A DNA stretch of 64,000 nt from positions 79,473 through 143,472 of the forward strand of contig JACQSC010000002.1 of NCBI GenBank assembly GCA_016206155.1, read 5' to 3'. Shown one piece after another: positions 1 to 9,500 of this stretch (positions are counted from its first letter, which is position 1; each line of letters starts with the position of its first letter). Source of the DNA: Candidatus Uhrbacteria bacterium (GTDB lineage Bacteria; Patescibacteriota; Patescibacteriia; JACQRZ01). The notes below the pieces were generated by a model, which was not told the origin of the DNA, did no database searches, and was given only the letters and a program-made list of their open reading frames with translations. A program made the position numbers and the translations under genes.

Positions 1-81
1 AATGACATGGATGTTGAGAATATTTCACTTGAAGAAATTATAAGTACGATGTACAAACAAAAAAAGGAACCGGAATTATGA
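1..81 (+). CDS. 3' end of an upstream gene running off the window (…NDMDVENISLEEIISTMYKQKKEPEL*); possibly the ATPase partner of the following permease pair
   Basis: Open frame from position 1 to a TGA at 79-81. The stop overlaps the next start codon (ATGA), a typical operon junction. Function cannot be inferred from 26 aa. Confidence 0.35.
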   Translation, partial: NDMDVENISLEEIISTMYKQKKEPEL

Positions 82-869
82 GAGCGTATCGTGCACTTTT
101 CGTTATGTCGGCCCGAGAAGCGTTCGCGCAAAAAGGATCCATCATTGGAACCGCTTGCGTGCATTTGTTTCATATTGTTGCCCTGCTCGGCATATACTCG
201 GTCGCATTTAACGCGCGGGGCGGGTCGTTGGCAGGTATGGACATGACCTCAACGCTGTGGAGTATCAGGGCCTATTTTATCGTCCTTGCCTTAAGCGTGC
301 GGCTTGTGGCAAAGGAAATGGCAAAAGAGATTCGCCACGGCTCTTTTGAGACAAAGCTCAATAAACCGTTTAATTATTTTGTAGCGTCCTGGGCGACACA
401 GCTTGGCAGGGGCATGCCGTATTTTATCCTCGTTGGCGCCTTTAATGTCGCATTCTTATTTATTGTCTTGGGTCCTCCGGCTCTTCAATTTTCGTTGATT
501 TGGGCGGCGGGAGCGCTGGCTTTGTTTTTAGGAGGCATTTGCTTGGGTTTGCTGTTTTATGGGATCATTGGATTATGCGCGGTGTGGCTCCAAGATGTCG
601 ATCCGTTGTATTGGGTTATGGATAAAGGGGTTATGCTTCTTGGCGGCGCGTATATTCCCGTTGCACTTTTCCCTTCAAGCATTCGTGCTCTTGGCGAACA
701 TACGCCGTTTGGCGCAATCATGTTTATTTCACACATCTTTAATCCTGATTTTTCCGCACGATGGGGGGAACTTTTTTTAACGCAGGTGATATGGATGCTG
801 ATATTTTTTATCGTTGCCGTGTTCGTCTATAAAAATGCCATGAAGCATGTATCGGTAAACGGGGGATGA
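78..869 (+). CDS. polytopic membrane protein, ABC-2-type transporter permease-like
   Basis: 263-aa ORF with about six hydrophobic helices. It is translationally coupled to the upstream gene and followed by a paralog of the same size and topology. Confidence 0.6.
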   Translation: MRAYRALFVMSAREAFAQKGSIIGTACVHLFHIVALLGIYSVAFNARGGSLAGMDMTSTLWSIRAYFIVLALSVRLVAKEMAKEIRHGSFETKLNKPFNYFVASWATQLGRGMPYFILVGAFNVAFLFIVLGPPALQFSLIWAAGALALFLGGICLGLLFYGIIGLCAVWLQDVDPLYWVMDKGVMLLGGAYIPVALFPSSIRALGEHTPFGAIMFISHIFNPDFSARWGELFLTQVIWMLIFFIVAVFVYKNAMKHVSVNGG

Positions 870-900
870 GAATAGCGTAAATGCGTATAGCGTTGATGGT

Positions 901-1704
901 ATGAAGAATGTTATCAATGAAATCAAACTGGCTGTTGAAATTATTCGAAGTAATATGAGGGCGGCGATGGAATTGCGCGGTGCGTTTGCCATTCAAGTAT
1001 TTGGCATGATGCTGAACAATACCGCCTTTGTGCTGATCTGGATTTTTTTCTTTCAGGCGTTCGGAAACATCAATGGCTGGTCAAGCACGGAAGTGTTTGC
1101 ATTCCAGGGAGTTGTTGCTTTTTCGTTCGGATGCTCGGCGGCATTTTTTCAAGGGTCGCATTCCTTGCCAACACTTGTGTACAACGGTTCGCTTGATTCG
1201 TATCTTCTGTCCCCGCACAGCGCCTATATGCGTATTCTCACAAGTGAAATTAGAATGTCAGGCGTAGGTGACATTCTTTTTGGTTTTGTATTGATCGTCG
1301 CATATATTGTGATGGCGCACCTTTCGATTCTGCAGACGGTACTTCTCATTACACTTTTGATACCGGCAAGTATCATTATGACAAATGTTTCGCTTATCAC
1401 ATCGCTCTCGAGCTTTTATATGAGCGATGCGATGGCGTTTGCGTCGAATATGTTTGAGGTTTTTGTATCGCCGGCCCTCTATCCGTCCGCGTTATTCCCG
1501 ACCGTTCTTAAATTCTTTTTTATTTTCGTTATCCCAGCACTTGCCGTCGGTGGACTGCCCATTGAGGCCGTCAAAGAATATCAGTGGCATTGGTATGCGA
1601 TCATCTGGTTGCTTGCGGGCGTATGGACATTCATTGCGATAAAACTGCTCGGCATATCCATTCGGCGCTACGAAAGCGGGAATATGGTCGGCGCGCGGGT
1701 ATAG
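901..1704 (+). CDS. polytopic membrane protein, ABC-2-type permease-like (paralog of 78..869)
   Basis: 267 aa with multiple TM helices. Same architecture as the preceding gene; permeases of this kind usually come in pairs. Confidence 0.6.
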   Translation: MKNVINEIKLAVEIIRSNMRAAMELRGAFAIQVFGMMLNNTAFVLIWIFFFQAFGNINGWSSTEVFAFQGVVAFSFGCSAAFFQGSHSLPTLVYNGSLDSYLLSPHSAYMRILTSEIRMSGVGDILFGFVLIVAYIVMAHLSILQTVLLITLLIPASIIMTNVSLITSLSSFYMSDAMAFASNMFEVFVSPALYPSALFPTVLKFFFIFVIPALAVGGLPIEAVKEYQWHWYAIIWLLAGVWTFIAIKLLGISIRRYESGNMVGARV

Positions 1705-1784
1705 TTGATTTTTGCGCGTAACTGTGGCAATCTTGAAAAAGATTCCAAGAATGAGAGTGGTGGAAAAATACAAACATCTGTGAT

Positions 1785-2705
1785 ATGCTAGATAGAAAGA
1801 AATTCACTATGCAACCCATTGATAAGCTATGTGCCTTCATTCTTATCGCGAGCGTGCTGGTCGTCCCTCTTCCTTCTGCCGCGACGCCGTTTGAGTACGA
1901 TGTTTCCATTAGCCCCGGATCAGTAATTTTCGTGCCGCGCGATATTTATGCGGGGGAGCGGGTGCGCGTGTATGCAAACATTGCAAACCTTGGATCAAAA
2001 GACGTGACCGGATACGTTGGATTTTACCAAGGGCCAAATCTCTTGGCGCCCGTTCATCCATTTTCACTTCGCGTCGATAGCGTAACAGAAGATGTGTGGA
2101 TTGATTGGACGCCGGCAGAGGGCCGGTACAATATCATGGTAAAAGTTGATACCGATGTTTCTGATCAGAGTCCGTCAAACAACGCGTTTCTCACGCCGAT
2201 GATGCTCATTGCTAAGCGTCCGTCGCCACCGCCCCAGCCCCAGCCGACACAGCCTACCGGCGGACAGCAAAACCAAAATGGAGCCCCCACCCAAGTATCA
2301 GAGGGTGAAATTCCACAAAAAAAGGCTGAGTTGAAAAAGACCGTAACCAAGAAGCTCGCACAAACAATTGGCGAAACATTGACACCAAAGCTTCCGCTTA
2401 ATCCCCCCGCTGATCGGAATACGCAGAAGGTGTTAGAGTCCCGGCCATCGACTGGAGCGCAGACTCAGCGTGCTGACGTGCCGGTCCAAGCAGTCTCTGA
2501 GCCTCAACCGACTCCAAGCCCTGACGTATCACAACAACCCACACCAATCGCCCCGCAAGCGGTAAAAGGAGAGCGAGCGTTTGCAGACAGAGTTCCACAG
2601 ACACCACTGAAGGATTCGACGCGGCGAGCGCTTCTCGTGGGCATCCTTCTTGCAGCCGCATCGCTAGCGGCGGGCGGGTTTTTTCTTCATAAAAGTAAAG
2701 TATAG
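1785..2705 (+). CDS. secreted Pro/Gln/Thr-rich protein with a C-terminal membrane anchor, possibly with a CARDB-like beta domain
   Basis: N-terminal signal-like hydrophobic segment (LCAFILIASVLVVPLPSAA). A low-complexity PQPQPTQPTGGQQ linker follows, then a C-terminal TM (LLVGILLAAASLAAGGFF) and a basic tail. Confidence 0.55.
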   Translation: MLDRKKFTMQPIDKLCAFILIASVLVVPLPSAATPFEYDVSISPGSVIFVPRDIYAGERVRVYANIANLGSKDVTGYVGFYQGPNLLAPVHPFSLRVDSVTEDVWIDWTPAEGRYNIMVKVDTDVSDQSPSNNAFLTPMMLIAKRPSPPPQPQPTQPTGGQQNQNGAPTQVSEGEIPQKKAELKKTVTKKLAQTIGETLTPKLPLNPPADRNTQKVLESRPSTGAQTQRADVPVQAVSEPQPTPSPDVSQQPTPIAPQAVKGERAFADRVPQTPLKDSTRRALLVGILLAAASLAAGGFFLHKSKV

Positions 2706-2710
2706 TAACA

Positions 2711-3184
2711 ATGTTATTAGACTATCTTCACTCAAAATATCATCGGGAGATTGAGGATGGATGGGGAGCTCTTGAGATTGGAAACACACGAAAGGCGGAG
2801 GAGCACTTTAAAAAAGTTCTTGAACATGAGGATGACCCCTCTATGGCGCTTTCCGATTTGATCGATGCGCATAATGGGTTAGCTGCCACCGCGCGGGAGC
2901 ACAGAGATTTTTTTGATGCGTGGCGCTTGTATCGCGAGGCCGAATATCTTATTGCAAAGGAGTTCTCACCGTTGCCCCCCCATCTTTCGTGGAGCGATCC
3001 GCGAGAACGGCCGGTATTGCGCACGCTCGTTGGGCTTGCGCACACATCCTTTTTGCGCAATAATGTTGAAACGGCGCGCCGTTATTATCGGGAGGTTCTC
3101 GCGCGCGATCCAAAGGATCATCTTGGAATGAGTCGCTATGTCGCCGCGCTAGAAGCCGGTGAGACATTTCCTGATACCAATTGA
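2711..3184 (+). CDS. hypothetical protein, TPR-like helical repeat
   Basis: 157-aa ORF with good coding periodicity. The motifs (YREAEYL…, RRYYREVLARDPKD) resemble tetratricopeptide helices. Confidence 0.45.
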   Translation: MLLDYLHSKYHREIEDGWGALEIGNTRKAEEHFKKVLEHEDDPSMALSDLIDAHNGLAATAREHRDFFDAWRLYREAEYLIAKEFSPLPPHLSWSDPRERPVLRTLVGLAHTSFLRNNVETARRYYREVLARDPKDHLGMSRYVAALEAGETFPDTN

Positions 3185-3342
3185 GGAAAAGGGGGTTGAC
3201 CCCATTTCCCCTTCATTTTTTTGTATTTGAATCCTTTGCGCCTGCCTACCGCAGGCAGGCGCGCCCATTAAAAAAATTCCAATAAGATGGGGAAATGGTA
3301 GTGGTTTTGTTGGTCTGCTGTTCTCGCTCCCTTCCATCTTCT

Positions 3343-3608
3343 CCCCTTATAAGGTAAAGGGCGCAAGAACAGCAGCCCCCGTCGCTTCTGTTTGGCTGAC
3401 TAAAAAAAGCTTTGCAGTATGTATGCTTTTCTCTTACTTTGAATGACCCGGCCCGTGGCGGCTACGGGCGCACCCACTCAGTTGAGTCAAGCATACACGA
3501 TCTGTCCCGTTTCCGCCATGGGTACGCCCGTTGCAAAAGAGCAATGGATTAGAGTCGTCGCTCTCACCACAATTCAAAGCAACGGCTAAGTCGACTTAGC
3601 CGATGGCG
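3343..3608. repeat. left arm of a ~265-bp imperfect inverted repeat (partner 4759..5025)
   Basis: Reverse-complementing 4759..5025 by eye reproduces this segment with only a few mismatches, for example ccgccatggg versus ccgccgtggg. Confidence 0.85.
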
Positions 3609-3855
3609 GGGGCACGATGACGACGGTCCTTGCTTTTGCTTCATTTTCCTGTAGTATAGAAGTATCAATGACTATTGTAGAGTGGTCGTTGGGTTTGGTA
3701 TATCTCCGCCTTGGCTACATTGCCTTCTCTCTCGTTGTTGCAGCTTTGAAATTTTATCCACCAAATATGCTGGACAGCAATCATATCGTGTGCTATAGTA
3801 TCAATACTAACACCACCCACTCTGTGCCTTTGGTACACGGTGGGTTTTGTCTATT

Positions 3856-4449
3856 ATGAGCGAGAAAGAACGCGTAGCGGTTTTCATTGATGGGAGCAAT
3901 CTCTATTATAGGATGAAAGAACTTGGAATACTCAGTATATCAAAGTTCGATTATAGGGCGTTGGCTGAATTTCTCGCATTGGATCGAGACTTGGTATATG
4001 CTGGCTATTATGTCGGCGTCGTGAAAGCGAAACCAGACAATACAAAGGGTCAGGAATTGCGAACAAAACAGCAGAAGCTATTTTCCCATTTAACGTCTCC
4101 TCAACAGAATTTTGACATCAATCGAGGCGTGCTCATCAGAAGTGATAGTAAGTACCACGAAAAGGGCGTTGATGTGCGAATCGCGGTTGATCTTCTCGTA
4201 GGCGCTTTTGACAATATGTACGATACGGCAATTCTCCTTTCATCAGATTCTGACCTCGTTCCAGCCGTACAGAAGGTTACCCAGTTCAAGAAAAAGATTG
4301 AGTATGTCGGATTCTCTCATCGACCGACATATGCGCTCCAAAAAGTTGCAACACGTTCAAAATTGCTTCTCAGGGAAGAGCTCATTGCGTTTCAAGTCAA
4401 GTTACAGAACGATGAGCTAGAAAAACAAAATTTTGAGATCTATCTATGA
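3856..4449 (+). CDS. NYN-domain (LabA/PIN-like) protein, predicted RNase
   Basis: The N-terminus VAVFIDGSNLYY and the later acidic cluster AILLSSDSDLV match the NYN/LabA-like fold. ATG at 3856; a TTG at 3847 is also possible. The stop overlaps the next start (ATGA). Confidence 0.7.
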   Translation: MSEKERVAVFIDGSNLYYRMKELGILSISKFDYRALAEFLALDRDLVYAGYYVGVVKAKPDNTKGQELRTKQQKLFSHLTSPQQNFDINRGVLIRSDSKYHEKGVDVRIAVDLLVGAFDNMYDTAILLSSDSDLVPAVQKVTQFKKKIEYVGFSHRPTYALQKVATRSKLLLREELIAFQVKLQNDELEKQNFEIYL

Positions 4450-4781
4450 TAACTGCCCTCTCATTTTTTCTTGGTCTTATCATTGGCGCGCTTGTTGGCT
4501 ATTTCATTACGCGTAAAACCCGTACAAATAGTGGAATTGCTGCAATTGTAGAACACCGTAGTATCAAAAAGCAAAAACGAAAAGAGCAGATCATAGCTCT
4601 CGTACAACAAAAAGGAACGATAGCAAACAACGACGTTGAGAAGTTCCTCAACGTATCCGACGCCACGGCAACAAATTATATTCAAGAACTTGAAGAGGAA
4701 GGAAAGATCAAACAAATCGGCGAGCGAGGGCGGTTTGTAACCTACCGACTGGCGACCGCGCCATCGGCCAAGTCGACTTAG
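4446..4781 (+). CDS. small membrane-anchored winged-helix DNA-binding protein
   Basis: N-terminal TM (ALSFFLGLIIGALVGYFI). The C-terminal segment IIALVQQKGTIANNDVEKFLNVSDATATNYIQELEEEGKI is a typical wHTH. Translationally coupled to the NYN gene. Confidence 0.55.
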   Translation: MITALSFFLGLIIGALVGYFITRKTRTNSGIAAIVEHRSIKKQKRKEQIIALVQQKGTIANNDVEKFLNVSDATATNYIQELEEEGKIKQIGERGRFVTYRLATAPSAKST

Positions 4782-5025
4782 CCATTGCTTTTAATTGTGG
4801 TGAGAGCGACGACTCTAATCCATTGCTCTTTTGCAACGGGCGTACCCACGGCGGAAACGGGACAGATCGTGTATGCTTGACTCAACTGAGTGGGTGCGCC
4901 CGGAGCCGCCACGGGCCGTGTCATTCAAAGTAAGAGAAAAGCATACATACTGCAAAGCTTTTTTTAGTCAGCCAAACAGAAGCGGCGGGGGCTGCTGTTC
5001 TTGCGTCCCTTACCTTTACGCTCTT
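4759..5025. repeat. right arm of the ~265-bp inverted repeat (partner 3343..3608)
   Basis: Reverse-complement match to 3343..3608. It overlaps the last codons of the wHTH gene and ends about 15 bp before the hrcA -35 box. Confidence 0.85.
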
Positions 5026-5039
5026 GAGTATAGGAACCC

Positions 5040-5068
5040 TTGACAAAGGTTTTTTATTTTTTTATACT
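5040..5068 (+). promoter_or_regulatory. sigma70-type promoter of the hrcA operon (TTGACA, 17-bp spacer, TATACT)
   Basis: TTGACA at 5040-5045 and TATACT at 5063-5068 with a 17-nt spacer. The CIRCE operator follows immediately. Confidence 0.7.
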
Positions 5069-5095
5069 TTAGCAATCTCAGATATTGAGTGCTAA
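5069..5095 (+). promoter_or_regulatory. CIRCE operator (HrcA binding site)
   Basis: TTAGCAATC-N9-GAGTGCTAA, one mismatch from the consensus TTAGCACTC-N9-GAGTGCTAA. It lies between the -10 box and the hrcA start. Confidence 0.85.
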
Positions 5096-5099
5096 ATGA

Positions 5100-5774
5100 A
5101 TGGATGAACGAAAATTGCTTCTTGTCACGCACGTTGTTGACGCATATATTTCCACCGCGCATCCGGTTGGCTCGCAGGTTCTTGCTTCGCGCTATCGCTT
5201 GTCATGGAGTTCGGCGACAATTCGCAACGTACTCTCTCATCTTGAAGAAGAGGGGTATATGTTCCAACCCTATACCTCTGCGGGGCGCGTTCCGACGCAT
5301 TTGGGCTATCGTCTTTATCTCGAACACGTGCATGTAGCGCGCCTCAATCCTGCCCTGGAGCGATCACTGTCAAGCATGGCAGAACAGATGGCTTCCTTTG
5401 ATGAGCTCCGCGAGCTCTGTCGTATCCTCTCGCGCCTGACACAAGAGGTCGTCTTTACGGTCACACGTCTTGGATCGTTTACAACCGGGACACGATTCAT
5501 CACCCGGAAGCCCGAAGCGGAAGATCCGGCATTTATGCGAGATATTACCAATGCCATCGATGCGCTTGAGGATATATGCGCCGCGCTCGAGACGGAAATA
5601 GGCAGCATTACTCAATGTATCGGAGATGGGCAGACGTTTGGAGGTGCGTGCAGTGTTCTGCTCGTGCGCGTTCCATTTCAGCGCTCTACGGTTATGATTG
5701 GCATCCTTGGTCCGCTGCGCATGAATTATCATAAAAATATTGCCCTTCTTCAATCCCTCATCCCTAAACCCTAA
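5100..5774 (+). CDS. hrcA: heat-inducible transcription repressor HrcA (short form, 224 aa)
   Basis: N-terminal wHTH (LLLVTHVVDAYISTAHPVGSQVLASRY…LEEEGYMFQPYTSAGRVPT) is typical of HrcA. It is first gene of the hrcA-grpE-dnaK-dnaJ arrangement. It is shorter than the usual ~340 aa. Confidence 0.8.
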   Translation: MDERKLLLVTHVVDAYISTAHPVGSQVLASRYRLSWSSATIRNVLSHLEEEGYMFQPYTSAGRVPTHLGYRLYLEHVHVARLNPALERSLSSMAEQMASFDELRELCRILSRLTQEVVFTVTRLGSFTTGTRFITRKPEAEDPAFMRDITNAIDALEDICAALETEIGSITQCIGDGQTFGGACSVLLVRVPFQRSTVMIGILGPLRMNYHKNIALLQSLIPKP

Positions 5775-5796
5775 ACCCTAAACCCTAAACCCTAAA
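5762..5796. repeat. (CCCTAAA)x5 heptamer tandem repeat spanning the hrcA stop codon
   Basis: ccctaaa repeated five times. The hrcA TAA stop at 5772-5774 lies inside the tract. Confidence 0.9.
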
Positions 5797-5812
5797 CCCC
5801 AATCCCTCCTCT

Positions 5813-6379
5813 ATGAGCGACGAACAGACACAATCCACAGACGATAACGAAACACTGAAGCATGAGCTTGAAACATGCAAGAAGCAGTGTGAGGAATATC
5901 TCAACGGTTGGAAACGTGCAAAGGCCGACTACATTAACTATAAAAATGAAACTGAGAAGCGACGCGATGAGCTTGCGGGCATGGCTCTTATGACCTCAGC
6001 CGCGCAGTTTATCCCACCGCTCGATAATTTAAAAATAGCATTTATCCAGCTGCCGGATGAACTGAAGGAATCTGATTGGGTGAGGGGCATAGAGCAGATT
6101 CGCAAGCAGCTTGTTGAAATCATGAAAGGTTTGGGGGTTGAGGAGTTTGCAGAACCGGTTGTCGGCGCCGCATTTGATCCGGCAAAATTTTACGCCGTTG
6201 GCGAAGAGCGCCGCGATGATTTTGAGGACGGTGTGATTACACAGGAAGTAAGCCCGGGGTACACATTTCGTGGAAGCCTCATGGTTCCAGCGAAGGTTAT
6301 CGTTAATAAGAATCAAGAATCTAGAATTAAGAATCAAGAATCAGAGGGTGACACAGAGAAGAATGACCTTAATTCTTAA
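5813..6379 (+). CDS. grpE: nucleotide exchange factor GrpE
   Basis: Coiled-coil N-terminus followed by a GrpE C-terminal beta domain (…GYTFRGSLMVPAKVIV). Position between hrcA and dnaK. The C-terminal tail NKNQESRIKNQESEG is encoded by AATCAAG-like heptamers. Confidence 0.9.
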   Translation: MSDEQTQSTDDNETLKHELETCKKQCEEYLNGWKRAKADYINYKNETEKRRDELAGMALMTSAAQFIPPLDNLKIAFIQLPDELKESDWVRGIEQIRKQLVEIMKGLGVEEFAEPVVGAAFDPAKFYAVGEERRDDFEDGVITQEVSPGYTFRGSLMVPAKVIVNKNQESRIKNQESEGDTEKNDLNS

Positions 6380-6437
6380 TTCATTATTCATAATTCTTTA
6401 AATTTAAGAAGCGCTAACATATTAATCAAAATATACT

Positions 6438-8354
6438 ATGTCGAAGATACTTGGCATTGACTTGGGTACAACGAATTCCTGCATGGCAGTCATCGAAGCA
6501 GGCGAGCCCAAGGTACTGGAAAACAAGGAGGGCAACCGCACAACGCCATCCGTTGTCGCAATCAGCAAGTCGGGAGAGCGGCTGGTTGGGCTTCTGGCAA
6601 AGCGGCAGGCAGTGACGAATCCGGAGCACACCATCTATTCCGTGAAGCGCCTTATCGGCCGTCGGTTTAGCGACTCAGAAGTTCAGCGAGACGTATCGCT
6701 TATGCCGTTCAAGATTGTCCAATCAGGTGATGGCGTAAAGGTGGTCATGCAGGGCAAAGAATACACGCCGCAGGAAATTTCTGCGATGGTATTGCAGAAA
6801 ATGAAAGCGGATGCCGAGGAACGTCTGGGAGAAAAGATTACAGAGGCGGTCATCACGGTGCCGGCGTATTTCGATGATTCACAGCGACAGGCGACAAAAG
6901 ATGCGGGAAAGATTGCCGGTCTTGACGTGAAACGCATTATCAATGAGCCGACCGCAGCTGCGCTTGCGTACGGATTTAATAAGAAAAAGGACGAGAAGAT
7001 TGTTGTCTATGACCTTGGTGGCGGCACGTTCGATGTATCTGTTCTCGAGGTTGCCGATGATACGGTTGAAGTGAAGGCAACCAACGGCGACACGCATCTT
7101 GGCGGTGATGACTTTGACCAGCGCATTATCACGTGGATTATCGATGAGTTCAAGAAAGAAAGCGGGATTGATCTCTCAAAAGACCAGCTTGCCCTGCAGC
7201 GTTTGAAAGAGGGGGCAGAGAAGGCAAAGCACGAACTTTCAACCGCAATGGAGAGTGAGATTAACCAGCCGTTCATCACCTCGGATGCCGCGGGTCCAAA
7301 GCATCTGGTGTTAAAATTGACGCGCGCAAAATTGGAAGAACTGGTATCGGCGCTCGTTGATAAAACGCTTGAGCCATGCCGAAGAGCGCTGTCGGATGCG
7401 CAACTCCAAGCATCCCAGATCAATGAGATTATTCTTGTCGGGGGAATGACACGCATGCCCCTGGTTCAACAAACAGTCGAGAAGTTTTTCGGACAGAAAC
7501 CAAATGTTTCAGTGAATCCCGATGAAGTTGTTGCGGTCGGAGCAGCGGTGCAGGCGGGAGTGTTGCAGGGAGAAGTGAAGGATGTACTCCTGCTTGACGT
7601 GACACCTCTTTCCGTCGGTCTTGAAACATTGGGAGGTGTAATGACAAAATTGATCGAGCGCAACACAACCATTCCAACGTCGAAGTCACAGATTTTTTCT
7701 ACCGCGGCTGACAATCAAACCTCCGTGGAGGTTCATGTATTGCAGGGAGAGCGGGAGATGGCAGGCGACAACAAGTCGCTTGGACGATTCATACTCGACG
7801 GTATTCCTCCCGCGCCGCGCGGCGTTCCTCAGGTTGAAGTGTCATTTGACATCGACGCGAACGGCATTCTTAATGTTTCCGCAAAAGACAAGGCATCGGG
7901 AAAAGAGCAAAAAATTACCATCACCGCATCAACATCACTATCGAAGGATGAGGTGGAGCGCATGCGCAAAGACGCTGAATTGCACGCAGAAGATGATCAT
8001 AAAAAGCGCGAGACAATCGACGTGAAGAACAATGCGGAGAGCGTGATTTATCAGACCGAGAAGACGCTTAAGGAATATGCCGAGAAGATTCCAGCTGATG
8101 TAAAGACAGAAATTGAGGGAAAGATTGAGGCGCTAAAAAAAGTAAAAGACTCAGACGATACGCAAAGCATAAAAGCAGCGCTTGAGGATGTGAATCAGAT
8201 CGTCTCAAAGATTGGCAGCGCGCTCTATCAACAGCCGGGCGCAACAGAACAAGCGGGGCAACCAGCAGAAAATCAGGACGCAAGCGGAGAGGCATCCGGT
8301 ACGAAGGCAGATGAGCAGGGACCGATTGACGCCGACTTTGAGAAGAAAGATTAA
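6438..8354 (+). CDS. dnaK: chaperone DnaK (Hsp70)
   Basis: Hsp70 signatures are present: [34 protein letters not shown], and a C-terminal lid. Confidence 0.97.
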   Translation: MSKILGIDLGTTNSCMAVIEAGEPKVLENKEGNRTTPSVVAISKSGERLVGLLAKRQAVTNPEHTIYSVKRLIGRRFSDSEVQRDVSLMPFKIVQSGDGVKVVMQGKEYTPQEISAMVLQKMKADAEERLGEKITEAVITVPAYFDDSQRQATKDAGKIAGLDVKRIINEPTAAALAYGFNKKKDEKIVVYDLGGGTFDVSVLEVADDTVEVKATNGDTHLGGDDFDQRIITWIIDEFKKESGIDLSKDQLALQRLKEGAEKAKHELSTAMESEINQPFITSDAAGPKHLVLKLTRAKLEELVSALVDKTLEPCRRALSDAQLQASQINEIILVGGMTRMPLVQQTVEKFFGQKPNVSVNPDEVVAVGAAVQAGVLQGEVKDVLLLDVTPLSVGLETLGGVMTKLIERNTTIPTSKSQIFSTAADNQTSVEVHVLQGEREMAGDNKSLGRFILDGIPPAPRGVPQVEVSFDIDANGILNVSAKDKASGKEQKITITASTSLSKDEVERMRKDAELHAEDDHKKRETIDVKNNAESVIYQTEKTLKEYAEKIPADVKTEIEGKIEALKKVKDSDDTQSIKAALEDVNQIVSKIGSALYQQPGATEQAGQPAENQDASGEASGTKADEQGPIDADFEKKD

Positions 8355-8356
8355 AA

Positions 8357-9448
8357 ATGAAAAAAGACTACTATTCAACGCTAGGCGTTGCAAAAGGCGC
8401 GAGCAGTGACGATATTAAGAAGGCGTTTCGTAAACTTGCCCATCAACACCATCCAGACAAAGAGGGCGGCGATGAGAAGAAGTTTAAGGAAGCAAATGAG
8501 GCGTATCAAGTGCTCTCCGATCCCGAGAAGAGAAAAAAATACGATCAATTCGGCGCAGATTACGACAAGTATGCAAACCATGGCGGGCATTCCTGGGAGG
8601 ATTTTGCGCGCCAATCTGGCTTTGGCTTTTCGGGTGGCGCTGAGTTTGACCTCAACGACCTCGGCGACATGGTTGGCGAGATGTTTGGCTTTGGCGGACG
8701 CCGTCGCGCGGGACGCGCCAGTCACGGTTCACATCTTCAGATAGAACTCACCATTGAATTCCGTGAGGCGGCATTCGGCGTGAAGAAGGATATACGCATA
8801 ACGCATCAGGTTGTATGTGCGCGGTGCGCAGGCAACGGCGCAGAGCCGGGAACGCGTATTGTGTCGTGCGCGACATGCAAGGGGGCTGGACAGGTTGTTA
8901 CACTCAAACAAACATTCTTGGGGAGCATGCAGGCGGCAGCGCCATGTTCCGCGTGCCACGCATCAGGCAAAACCGCGGAGAAACCATGTAAAGAATGCAA
9001 GGGGGTCGGCGCTGTAAGAAAAGAGGAGGCCGTCTCTGTTCATGTTCCTGCGGGCATTGATCATGGCGAAACAATTCGTTTGCAAGGGCAGGGTGATGCC
9101 GGCCCATCCGGCGCTCTTCCGGGTGACCTCTATATTACGCTTCGCGTCCGTCCCGATGCCGCTTTCGAGCGTGATGGCGCCGATCTTTATAAAAGAGTTC
9201 CTATTCGCATCTCTGAAAGCGTTCTTGGCGCAACAGTCGCGGTTGAGACATTGGACGGTAAGGTCGACATGAAAGTGCCGCCAGGCACCATATCGGGGAC
9301 GAAGTTCCGCCTTGCGCATCTTGGTGTGCCATACTTGAATCGAAGCGGGCGAGGGAACTTGATCGTCAGCGTTGACGTTGTTCCGCCAAAAACACTTTCC
9401 AAAAAACAGCGAGATCTTTTGGAACAACTCAAGAAAGAGGGCATCTAG
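8357..9448 (+). CDS. dnaJ: co-chaperone DnaJ
   Basis: J-domain (DYYSTLGV…HPDK), a Gly/Phe-rich linker, and four CxxCxGxG zinc-finger repeats, with a C-terminal domain. Confidence 0.95.
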   Translation: MKKDYYSTLGVAKGASSDDIKKAFRKLAHQHHPDKEGGDEKKFKEANEAYQVLSDPEKRKKYDQFGADYDKYANHGGHSWEDFARQSGFGFSGGAEFDLNDLGDMVGEMFGFGGRRRAGRASHGSHLQIELTIEFREAAFGVKKDIRITHQVVCARCAGNGAEPGTRIVSCATCKGAGQVVTLKQTFLGSMQAAAPCSACHASGKTAEKPCKECKGVGAVRKEEAVSVHVPAGIDHGETIRLQGQGDAGPSGALPGDLYITLRVRPDAAFERDGADLYKRVPIRISESVLGATVAVETLDGKVDMKVPPGTISGTKFRLAHLGVPYLNRSGRGNLIVSVDVVPPKTLSKKQRDLLEQLKKEGI

Positions 9449-9500
9449 CGCCACTGCCATCTGTTGTATTTATTCTCATGTGATATACTGTGTGTATCAT

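Noticed and set aside
3238-3264. 10-bp-stem hairpin (gcgcctgcct-accgc-aggcaggcgc) after the TPR-like gene, considered as a terminator
   Set aside because: It is followed by an A-run, not a U-run, on the plus strand. The T-run on the minus strand precedes the stem. So it is not a canonical intrinsic terminator on either strand, and it is noted only as a stable hairpin.
3149-3337. 62-aa minus ORF and the 4831..5043 plus ORF lying within the long inverted-repeat arms
   Set aside because: Each exists only because the arm sequence happens to be open in one frame. The same sequence on the partner arm is not coding in the equivalent frame.
5762-5796. Heptamer and 12- to 14-mer tandem repeats considered as possible CRISPR arrays
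   Set aside because: The units are 7-14 nt, perfectly tandem, and have no spacers. A CRISPR array needs repeats of roughly 24-48 nt separated by unique spacers. No such array is present in the window.
6683-7714. Several minus-strand ORFs of 70-150 aa antisense to dnaK
   Set aside because: They lie entirely within the strongly supported dnaK frame. The translations are low-complexity Ser/Arg/Ala-rich, which is typical of antisense frames in genes of about 50% GC.
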